Shown here one piece after another: positions 57,324 through 64,000 of a stretch of 64,000 bases of DNA. The DNA is from an uncultured Clostridia bacterium (GTDB lineage: Bacteria > Bacillota > Clostridia > Christensenellales > UBA1242). Location: positions 196,004-260,003 of the forward strand of contig CALWPL010000001.1 in NCBI GenBank assembly GCA_944383405.1, given 5' to 3'. The notes under the pieces are model-generated. The model was not told where the DNA came from. It saw only the letters and a program-made list of their open reading frames with translations, and made no database searches. Position numbers and translations under genes: made by a program. Within the stretch, counting starts at the first letter, position 1, and every line of letters begins with the position of its first letter.

Positions 57324-58155
57324 TAAACATTATTCCTATTGCATTTGGCCCTATATGACTTGAAATAGTTCCACCTGTTTGCGTAATATAAATGTTTTTA
57401 AACCCTTTATTAATTAATTTATTTTTTAAATTGTCCAAATCTTTTTGTTCTGCGGTTGTATATACCAAAAACACATTTTCTAAATTTGGATTGCTATATC
57501 TCTGAACGACATCTTTAAAATATGGATTTATTACGCTATGAAACAGACCAAGAAATTTTTTTGCAGGTTTTGCTTCTCCTTTTTCGTAAACTATTTCAGG
57601 TTTGATTTTGAGTAAATTGGCGCCAAGATATTGCAATTTACTACATCTGCCGCCACGCTTCAAATATTCAAGGTTATTTGCAACAAAACTAATTGCAATC
57701 TTTTCCTTCTTTTTATTTAGGGTATTTACAATGTCGTTTATTTGTAAATTATTATCAATTAATTTTCTTGCGTAAATTGAGAGAAGTGCAATTCCACATG
57801 AAGCAGAGTATGAGTCAATAACTTTTATCTTATCCTCTCCAAGTTCTTTTGCAATAGTTGAGGCGTTCTGATATGCTGAACTAAGAGTTGAACTTATAGA
57901 AATATGCAGAATTATATCATTGGTTTCAAGCAATTTTTTAAAATATTCTCTATATTGCATTTGATTAACGGCTGATGTTTTAGGCAGTTCTTTTGTTTGT
58001 GATACAAAATCAAATATTTTTGGGGTAACTCCAATTTCGTCTTTTATAACTTTTTCCCCTAGAATGATTGAAAATGGTATTGTATTAATTTTAAATTTCT
58101 TTAATAATTCACTTGTTAAGTCTATTGCGGTTTCTGCTGATAAAGCGATTTTCAT
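57301..58155 (-). CDS. DegV-family fatty-acid-binding protein
   Basis: Full-length DegV pattern (TSAVN, ISISSTLSSAY, LEYLKRGGR, GGTISSHIGPNAIG). AGGAGAG RBS. Its 3' end overlaps the convergent yfcE-like gene by 23 nt. Confidence 0.88.
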   Translation of the reverse strand: MKIALSAETAIDLTSELLKKFKINTIPFSIILGEKVIKDEIGVTPKIFDFVSQTKELPKTSAVNQMQYREYFKKLLETNDIILHISISSTLSSAYQNASTIAKELGEDKIKVIDSYSASCGIALLSIYARKLIDNNLQINDIVNTLNKKKEKIAISFVANNLEYLKRGGRCSKLQYLGANLLKIKPEIVYEKGEAKPAKKFLGLFHSVINPYFKDVVQRYSNPNLENVFLVYTTAEQKDLDNLKNKLINKGFKNIYITQTGGTISSHIGPNAIGIMFINDNSQN

Positions 58156-58299
58156 TTTTTATTTCTCTCCTTTTTAATGTTTTGGATGAAGCTTTTTACT
58201 TCACGCATTTATTTTATTGAGTTTGTAGCAAAAATTTTATCTAAAAATTTAAGTTTATTCTCCACATATTTTTTTATTATTGTAGAGTTTTATAGATTG

Positions 58300-58380
58300 C
58301 TCTACTTTGAGTAGAGTTTAATTTTATAACTCCACCCAAAGTGGAATTTCTAAAAAATAGACTCTAATTTGAGTAGAGTC
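58300..58380. promoter_or_regulatory. Cluster of inverted/direct repeats (operator candidates) in the degV-XRE divergent region
   Basis: IR1 is CTCTAC-TTTGA-GTAGAG (58300-58316). IR2 is TCCAC-CCAAA-GTGGA (58331-58345). IR3 is GACTCTA-ATTTGAG-TAGAGTC (58360-58380). A 12-nt direct repeat TTTGAGTAGAGT occurs at 58306-58317 and 58368-58379, with an extra half-site GTAGAGT at 58282-58288. Confidence 0.45.
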
Positions 58381-58403
58381 GACAAAATTTGCTGTTTTAT
58401 TGC

Positions 58404-58433
58404 TTGCCATGTGTTTGATAAATGAGTTATAAT
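58404..58433 (+). promoter_or_regulatory. Candidate promoter giving a leaderless mRNA for the XRE regulator
   Basis: TTGCCA (58404-58409), 18 bp, TATAAT (58428-58433). ATG 58441 lies 7 nt after the -10 element and no SD is present. Confidence 0.5.
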
Positions 58434-58440
58434 AAATATC

Positions 58441-59031
58441 ATGGATAATATAAATAGTGTAATTGCAAAAAATCTAATAACTCTTAGAAGGAAATCTAAC
58501 CTAACTCAATTACAACTCGCTGAAAAATTAAATTATTCAGATAGGGCTATTTCTAAATGGGAAAGGGGAGATGCTGTTCCAAGTATTAATGTGCTTATGA
58601 CAATTGCAGAGTTTTATGATGTAAAAATTCAAGATATTGTTTATGAGAATAAGGTTGTTGAGCCTAGAAAATCAAAAATGAGACTTAGAACTATACTAAC
58701 ACTTATGTCTAGTATGTTGGTATGGCTTATTGCGACAATTGCTTTTGTTGTTTTGACTTACATTCAAGATGTTGAGCATGCTTGGTATTCTTTTATTATT
58801 GCACTTCCTGTGTTTTTTGCTGTGGTTACAATTTTTGCTTTTGTTTGGAGAACTAATTTGTTTTCAAGTATTTTTGCATCTTGTTTTGTATGGTCAACTA
58901 TTCTAATGGTTAGTTTATTATTAAATACTTATGAAATTTGGATAGTATATTTAATAGGTTTGCCAATGCAAATTATAATAATTTTGGCGTCTCTTTTTGT
59001 ACATTTTAAGAATAAAAATAAAGCAAACTAA
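58441..59031 (+). CDS. XRE-family HTH regulator with four C-terminal transmembrane helices
   Basis: The N-terminus IAKNLITLRRKSNLTQLQLAEKLNYSDRAISKWERGDAVPSINVLMTIAEFYDV is a classic HTH_3/XRE domain. It is followed by four hydrophobic segments (ILTLMSSMLVWLIATIAFVVL, FIIALPVFFAVVTIFAFVW, IFASCFVWSTILMVSLLL, IVYLIGLPMQIIIILASLFV). Confidence 0.85.
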   Translation: MDNINSVIAKNLITLRRKSNLTQLQLAEKLNYSDRAISKWERGDAVPSINVLMTIAEFYDVKIQDIVYENKVVEPRKSKMRLRTILTLMSSMLVWLIATIAFVVLTYIQDVEHAWYSFIIALPVFFAVVTIFAFVWRTNLFSSIFASCFVWSTILMVSLLLNTYEIWIVYLIGLPMQIIIILASLFVHFKNKNKAN

Positions 59032-59250
59032 TTATTTTAAATTATAATTTCCTTCTTATAAAATTTGTAATATATTAATTAATTTGATTTTTAATGATAA
59101 TAGTAAATATTCTTATGATTACTTTTGTATTATAATTTATTAAAAATTTTTTTATTAGTTAAATTTGTAAGAATTTAATTATTTATAGCGTTATATTTAA
59201 ATCTTTTTAGATATAGAAGGATATAATCTAAACAAATCTCTAACTTTAAC

Positions 59251-59334
59251 AAAAAAGAACTTTACATAATGAAGTGAATTTCAAAAGTTCGACAACTTAG
59301 TGAAAATATCTTCAAAGTGTTAAGTTCTTTTTTT
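59251..59334. terminator. Long compound hairpin between convergent genes (bidirectional terminator candidate)
   Basis: AAAAAAGAACTT (59251-59262) pairs with AAGTTCTTTTTT (59322-59334). Inner palindromes are GAAG...CTTC and AAGTT-CGAC-AACTT. Confidence 0.6.
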
Positions 59335-59366
59335 AATTCCAAAACAAAATATAGACTTAATTTGTT

Positions 59367-60332
59367 TTATGACAATTCAATTTCTTTTATTAGTTTTTCT
59401 CTTTCTTTATCTATTCCATTGAAATCCATATTTGCGATATAGAATTTTTCAATTTTTTTGTGGTAGAATTTTGCTTTATAAATGTTTTCGCCTGCTTTTT
59501 TTATGAGAGTATTAATTAGTTTTTCATTTTTAAACATTTCTTCTTTATTATTAACAATTAAAATAGAAATGTTTGGAATATAAACTGCTTCAATTTCTTC
59601 GGGATTAAAAATAGATAAGAAACAAGTATGCGATATATTTTGTTGGGATAGGGTATTAGATAGTTCGCTAAGAACTTGAAAACCATCAAAATAATCTTTG
59701 CAACCTAAGTTGATAATATTTTTAAATTTGTTTTTATCAAGCAAAGAAGAAATTCCAGTTTGTGAAATAAATGATAAAAATAATTGTCTTTTTTCTCCTA
59801 CTTTTTCATTTTTTGTTAGTTTAAGGGTAGTAAGAAGTTGTGAAAAATTATACCTTGTATTTGATTTTATTCTTTCTATTTTTTTGACTTTTAGTAGGTC
59901 CCCAACGCATCTTAAGTATGCGTATGCGACAGAAAAATAGTGAGATTTTTTTTCTAGTAAATTTTCAATTTGTGATTTATGTTTCTTTATTTTAGAGTTG
60001 ATGTAAGTTCCTAAATTTATAATTTTTTCTTTAATTCCAGGCATGCTTGCTTCTGTTACATGCGGTGCGGTTCCATCAACAATTGAAATGTTTTTTTCGA
60101 TAATTCTTACACCATCAAGGCTATCAGAATCAGAGGAACAGTAAAAGTATTCGATGTTATATCCCTTTTCTTCAAAGTACTTTGAAATTTTTCTCATAAA
60201 TGTGCTTTTACCTGTACCTGGTCCACCTTTTAAAATATATGTCATTCCATTTTTTGCTGGATTTATAAATTGAAAACAGTTTTTAAAACCTTGGCAGGTG
60301 TTTGCAGAACCTAAATAAAAATATTTTTCCAT
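59367..60332 (-). CDS. Uncharacterised P-loop NTPase
   Basis: Walker A ILKGGPGTGKSTFM, and a downstream block YFYCSSDSDSLDGVRI...IVDGTAPHV that resembles conserved hypothetical Firmicute ATPases. No SD precedes the ATG. Confidence 0.6.
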   Translation of the reverse strand: MEKYFYLGSANTCQGFKNCFQFINPAKNGMTYILKGGPGTGKSTFMRKISKYFEEKGYNIEYFYCSSDSDSLDGVRIIEKNISIVDGTAPHVTEASMPGIKEKIINLGTYINSKIKKHKSQIENLLEKKSHYFSVAYAYLRCVGDLLKVKKIERIKSNTRYNFSQLLTTLKLTKNEKVGEKRQLFLSFISQTGISSLLDKNKFKNIINLGCKDYFDGFQVLSELSNTLSQQNISHTCFLSIFNPEEIEAVYIPNISILIVNNKEEMFKNEKLINTLIKKAGENIYKAKFYHKKIEKFYIANMDFNGIDKEREKLIKEIELS

Positions 60333-60426
60333 ACTTATATAATATTTTTGTTTTTTGAAAAATGTTAATTTTTATTTTAACACTTGATTTTATTTCTGCA
60401 TAAAGTGATTTGAAAAGGAAGGTAAT

Positions 60427-61185
60427 ATGGCAAATTTTTATTTAGACTTGCAAGATAGAAGAGTGCAAGAAGTTGCAAAACTTTTAAATAATAGGGGATA
60501 TAATGTCTTTGATTTTGAAGATAATTTAATTAATATATCTAATAATGATGTATGCATTGTTTCGCCTGCGTATAAATGGAAAAAAGAAATATTATTAAAA
60601 ATTAAATCTGGGGTATCAGTTTTTGGGCCAAAGTTGCAAGATGAATTAAAAAATTATTTTAATAACATTAACTATATCTCTTTAATGGATATAGAAGACT
60701 TTGTTATTGAAAATGCAAAGTTAACAGCAGAAGGCTTTTTGGCAGATTTGATTATTAATACCGATAAGTCTCTTTTTGAACAAAAAATTCTTATACTTGG
60801 GAATGGTAGAGTGGCAAAGGCTGTTTGGTATTTGCTTTATAAATTAGGAGTTAATTTTGATGTCTCAATGAGAAGAGAAAGCGAATTTAACTTATCTAAA
60901 CTTATTGCAAATAAAAGTTATTTAGGCGAATCTTATAAAGATTTTCTTTTACAATATGATATTGTTGTAAACACCATACCTGCAAAACTTTTTTCTTTGG
61001 AAGATGAAAAGTATTTTAAAAAAGGAAGTGTTTTATTTGAACTAGCGTCAAAGAAATGTTTAGAAGAAAATTTTGAAAAAATCAAATATGTTTTATGTCC
61101 TGCTTTGCCATCAAAGTATACACCAAAGAGTGCAGGCAAATTAATTTATAATGAAGTTATTAAATATTTAGAAGGAGAGAAATAA
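60427..61185 (+). CDS. dpaA: Dipicolinate synthase subunit A
   Basis: NAKLTAEG, Rossmann ILILGNGRVAKAV, VNTIPA and LCPALPSKYTPKSAGKLI parallel the SpoVFA blocks (NSIPTVEG, VLGLGRTG, INTIPS, LAPGLPGIVAPKTAGQIL). It lies directly upstream of dpaB. Confidence 0.8.
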   Translation: MANFYLDLQDRRVQEVAKLLNNRGYNVFDFEDNLINISNNDVCIVSPAYKWKKEILLKIKSGVSVFGPKLQDELKNYFNNINYISLMDIEDFVIENAKLTAEGFLADLIINTDKSLFEQKILILGNGRVAKAVWYLLYKLGVNFDVSMRRESEFNLSKLIANKSYLGESYKDFLLQYDIVVNTIPAKLFSLEDEKYFKKGSVLFELASKKCLEENFEKIKYVLCPALPSKYTPKSAGKLIYNEVIKYLEGEK

Positions 61186-61186
61186 A

Positions 61187-61753
61187 ATGAATATTGGTAT
61201 TGCAATTACAGGCTCATTTTGTACTTATAGTAAAATTTTAGATGAAATAAAAAAACTGGTTAATGAAGGGAACAATGTTATTCCAATTGTTTCAAAAGAA
61301 GTATACTCAATGGATACTCGCTTTGGTCAGGCAAAAGAATTTATTGCAAGTTTAAAGGAAATTACAAAGAATGATGTAATTCACACAATCGTAGATGCAG
61401 AGCCACTTGGACCAAAGGGCTTAATTGATGTTTTAGTTGTTGCTCCTTGTACTGGGAACACTCTTGCTAAACTTGCAAATGGGTTAAGTGATGATGCTGT
61501 TACTATGTCTGCAAAAGCACATATGAGAAATTATAAGCCTCTTGTTGTTTCTATTTCAAGCAACGATGCACTTGGATTTAACTTACAAAACATTGCAAAA
61601 CTAATGACCGCAAAAGGTGTTTATTTTGTGCCTTTTAGACAAGATGCTCCACAACAAAAGCCGAAATCAATGATTGGCGACTTAGATTTACTTGGAGAAA
61701 CAATAGCACTTGCATATCAAAATAAACAAATTCAGCCAATAATTCTAGGTTAA
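61187..61753 (+). CDS. dpaB: Dipicolinate synthase subunit B (flavoprotein family)
   Basis: IGIAITGSFCTY, VVAPCTGNTLAKLANGLSDDAVTMSAKAH and VSISSNDALG are the SpoVFB signature blocks. It starts 1 nt after the dpaA stop. Confidence 0.9.
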   Translation: MNIGIAITGSFCTYSKILDEIKKLVNEGNNVIPIVSKEVYSMDTRFGQAKEFIASLKEITKNDVIHTIVDAEPLGPKGLIDVLVVAPCTGNTLAKLANGLSDDAVTMSAKAHMRNYKPLVVSISSNDALGFNLQNIAKLMTAKGVYFVPFRQDAPQQKPKSMIGDLDLLGETIALAYQNKQIQPIILG

Positions 61754-61811
61754 TTTTGTTATAAAGATTAATTGTATTGCATATAATAATAAAAAACAAA
61801 GATAATTACTA

Positions 61812-61840
61812 TTGACAAATTCAAACAAAATTGGTATAAT
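61812..61840 (+). promoter_or_regulatory. Consensus extended -10 sigma-A promoter for the initiator tRNA
   Basis: TTGACA (61812-61817), 17 bp, TGgTATAAT (61832-61840). The tRNA 5' end is 17 nt downstream. Confidence 0.7.
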
Positions 61841-61856
61841 ATCTTTGTTTTTATAT

Positions 61857-61932
61857 CGCGGGGTGGAGCAGTTGGAAGCTCGCCGGGCTCATAACCCGGA
61901 GGTCATAGGTTCGAGTCCTTTCCCCGCAACCA
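61857..61932 (+). tRNA. Initiator tRNA-fMet (anticodon CAT)
   Basis: CGCGGGG-TG-GAGC-AGTTGGAA-GCTC-G-CCGGG-CTCATAA-CCCGG-AGGTC-ATAGG-TTCGAGT-CCTTT-CCCCGCA-A-CCA. It has the C1:A72 mismatch and three G:C pairs closing the anticodon stem, both initiator hallmarks. There is one U-U mismatch in the T-stem. Confidence 0.9.
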
Positions 61933-61987
61933 ATATAAATACACAATATATTGTAATATATTATCATATAAATCACAATATATTGTG
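61933..61987 (+). repeat. Two direct copies of ATATAAAT-(A)-CACAATATATTGT, each containing a palindrome, in the tRNA trailer
   Basis: Copy 1 is at 61933-61954 and copy 2 at 61966-61987. Copy 2 contains the perfect 14-bp palindrome CACAATATATTGTG (61974-61987). The copies are offset by 33 bp. Confidence 0.6.
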
Positions 61988-61991
61988 GTGT

Positions 61992-62024
61992 GAAGATTGA
62001 ATATTTTTCAATCTTCTTTTTTTT
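61992..62024 (+). terminator. Rho-independent terminator of the tRNA-fMet unit
   Basis: GAAGATTGA (61992-62000), loop ATATTTT, TCAATCTTC (62008-62016), then T8 (62017-62024). Confidence 0.85.
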
Positions 62025-62044
62025 GAGTAGAAATTGAGTAGAAA
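62023..62044 (+). repeat. Perfect tandem duplication TTGAGTAGAAA x2
   Basis: Copies at 62023-62033 and 62034-62044. The core TTGAGTAGA is shared with the repeats at 58307 and 58369. A third ATTGAGT is at 62074-62080. Confidence 0.6.
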
Positions 62045-62201
62045 TTTTTTATTATATTTATTTTTTGAAGGAGATTGAGTGATGTCAATTTTTTCTTTTA
62101 TATAAAAGTGCAGTTTTAATAATGACTTTTAAAAAATTCTTGTCAGTGAAAGTTGAAAAACGATATTTGTATACTATATTATTGCAGGCAAGGAGAAAGT
62201 T

Positions 62202-63941
62202 ATGAATAAAGTTGATTATTTAATGGAAAAAAATTCGCAAATATTTGCAGAACTTCAAAATGTAAGAAAGGTATATTCGGATATTGACCATATGTATTCA
62301 CAGTTGGAAGATATTTCTCAGGATAATGCTAAACTAAATGATGATTTAGAAAGTTTGTCAAACAAGGCAAATAGTTTAACAGAAGTTGTAGGAGAAGTGT
62401 CGGAAAATGTTTCAAGTATGTCTTCATCTTTAAATCAAACAAATGTAAATGTAAATGCGTTAAGTTCAGATTTACAGGATTTAGCGACATTCGCTCAGGG
62501 GGTATCAAGCACTACAAACAATCTTGTTTTACAAACAAATACTATGTCAAGTACAATAAATACTTTAACAGATGGGATAGACTCTTTAAATGAAGATGTT
62601 GAAGATTTGTCAGAGAATATTTCAGGATTGCAAACAAATTATACTAGTCTATCAAACTCTTTAACAAGTAATATTGATACAATTAATGAAAGTATAGGGG
62701 ATTTATCAACTGAAGTTGAGACAATTAATAGCGGGATAGGAGATATATCACAAAATGTTTCAGGGCTTCAAAACAACTATTCAACGCTATCAAGTTCTCT
62801 TAGTACGCTTAATGAAGAAGTAGATGATATCTCAACTGATATTGATACAATTAATAGTAATATTTCATCTTTAACAACAGAAGTAAACAAAGCAAATGTT
62901 TATATTACTGCAATGAACACAGATATTGAATCAATAGTAACATTTTCTCAGGGTTTATCAACAACTGTAAATGATTTGACGCTAACAACAAATGATTTAT
63001 CGACTCAAATTGAAACAGTTGAAGAAAATGTGGATAGTTTAAGTGATAATGTTTCTACTTTAAGTAGTAGTATGGACTCCATATCAACTACTATTGCAAG
63101 TTTGCAAGGAGTAGGGGGTACAAGAAATTATTTAATTAATTCAGATTTTAGAGTCAATCAACGGGGAGAGACAACTTATAATAATAGTAATGCAGGATTG
63201 AAAAAATATACTGTTGATAGACTTATGCATGCGGATAGCACAAACTATTCTTTATCTCAGATTGAAAATGGTGGGATATCCATTCAGAATTTATCAAGTA
63301 GCGAGCAGGTTAGGTTTGAGCAAATAATAGAAGATGGGGCAAAATTACTAGGGAATAAAGAGATTTCTCTTTCAATTAGCATAAATAATGTTGTTTCAAA
63401 AATTGAGGGCAAGACTTTAAATATAGGAAATTCTCAATCTAAAACATATAATGGAGTAACTTTTGGGGTTGAATACTCAAATGATGGAAAATTTCGATGT
63501 TATTTCATTTTAAATTCAGGGCTAACAAGAAATATTAATTGGTGGAAACTTGAAATTTCCCCTAATTCAACTCAATTTGAGCCAAGACTATATGTGGAAG
63601 AACTTAGTTTGTGCCAAAGATATTACCAGATTTTTAGGGCTAAAAGTTCTTTCTCTGGGTTCGGTTTTGGTTTTCTTAAATCTGATTCAACAAAGGGCTT
63701 TTTGTATATTAATTTTCACACTGAAATGAGAGCAATTCCTACATTAAAGGCGTCTGGGAGTTTTAGGGGATATTTTAATTATACAGTTACAATAAATAGA
63801 TTGGAAATGGACCAAGGCTCAACGCATGGGACAAACTTAGCATTTTATGTTTCGTCAGCACAATCAAGTTTTTTATGTGGTATTGTTTCAGCAAATAATA
63901 ACTCTTCGACATATATTGCTTTTGATGCGGAGATTTATTAA
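62202..63941 (+). CDS. Coiled-coil repeat protein with a beta-rich C-terminal domain (phage tail-fibre-like)
   Basis: RBS AAGGAG. There is no signal peptide. About 300 aa are Ser/Asn/Thr/Leu-rich heptad-like repeats (DLESLSNKANSLTEVVGEVSENVSSMSSSL..., NEDVEDLSENISGLQTNYTSLSNSL, IGDISQNVSGLQNNYSTLSSSL) with an internal duplication. This is followed by GGTRNYLINSDFRVNQRGE and a non-repetitive C-terminal domain. As I recall it, the N-x-[IL]-[IL]-N-x-x-F-x-x-x-QRG junction occurs in phage tail-fibre proteins. Confidence 0.55.
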   Translation: MNKVDYLMEKNSQIFAELQNVRKVYSDIDHMYSQLEDISQDNAKLNDDLESLSNKANSLTEVVGEVSENVSSMSSSLNQTNVNVNALSSDLQDLATFAQGVSSTTNNLVLQTNTMSSTINTLTDGIDSLNEDVEDLSENISGLQTNYTSLSNSLTSNIDTINESIGDLSTEVETINSGIGDISQNVSGLQNNYSTLSSSLSTLNEEVDDISTDIDTINSNISSLTTEVNKANVYITAMNTDIESIVTFSQGLSTTVNDLTLTTNDLSTQIETVEENVDSLSDNVSTLSSSMDSISTTIASLQGVGGTRNYLINSDFRVNQRGETTYNNSNAGLKKYTVDRLMHADSTNYSLSQIENGGISIQNLSSSEQVRFEQIIEDGAKLLGNKEISLSISINNVVSKIEGKTLNIGNSQSKTYNGVTFGVEYSNDGKFRCYFILNSGLTRNINWWKLEISPNSTQFEPRLYVEELSLCQRYYQIFRAKSSFSGFGFGFLKSDSTKGFLYINFHTEMRAIPTLKASGSFRGYFNYTVTINRLEMDQGSTHGTNLAFYVSSAQSSFLCGIVSANNNSSTYIAFDAEIY

Positions 63942-64000
63942 TTAAATTATTAAAAAAGTTAGTAAAGTTAAGATTTTAAATAAAATTTTGAAATTTATTA

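Noticed and set aside
61812-62000. A 62-aa ORF covering the tRNA-fMet gene.
   Set aside because: It starts inside the tRNA promoter (TTG of TTGACA) and reads through a perfectly folding initiator tRNA. It is spurious.
62023-62044. A CRISPR array or longer tandem repeat at the TTGAGTAGAAA duplication, and elsewhere in the window.
   Set aside because: There are only two 11-bp copies with no spacers. I found no series of 25-40-bp repeats with unique spacers anywhere in the window, and no cas genes.
61857-63941. Calling a prophage or mobile element at the tRNA-fMet locus.
   Set aside because: Only one phage-like gene is visible, and there is no integrase, terminase, capsid gene or duplicated att sequence within the window. 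I report it as a hypothesis, not a feature.

Overview
AT-rich (low G+C by eye) chromosomal segment that looks like a spore-forming Bacillota (Firmicutes) anaerobe. The taxon call is inferred from spoVG, dpaA/dpaB, a [FeFe]-hydrogenase, Gram-positive-type SD sites and TTGACA/TATAAT promoters.

The window is dominated by a cluster of very large surface proteins:
- the 3' end of a beta-helix protein (1-342);
- one uninterrupted 27.5-kb ORF (729-28247, 9,172 codons). It encodes four reiterated parallel-beta-helix cassettes, then two different tandem Ig-like repeat arrays, then a C-terminal TM/polybasic anchor;
- a 1,052-aa GLUG-motif protein;
- a 783-aa tail-anchored MBG/YDG-repeat protein;
- a 2,132-aa putative lipoprotein with Big_2 plus MBG (YGX-type) repeats.

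Interleaved are housekeeping genes: spoVG, murC, rpmE, dtd-metG, degV, yfcE-like, dpaAB, tRNA-Arg(ACG) and initiator tRNA-Met.

There are also several less ordinary genes:
- a UgtP-like glycosyltransferase fused to a PlsC-type acyltransferase;
- an H-domain-only [FeFe]-hydrogenase;
- an unknown small-protein + HExxH-protein pair;
- a probably leaderless membrane-anchored XRE regulator with upstream palindromes;
- a coiled-coil, tail-fibre-like gene next to the initiator tRNA.

I saw no rRNA, CRISPR array, transposase, integrase or recognisable defence or secretion operon.

The strongest candidate for something undescribed is the giant modular tail-anchored adhesin and its paralogous neighbours. 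I cannot demonstrate a multi-gene 'system' from sequence alone. All family calls are motif recognition by eye; no database search was run.
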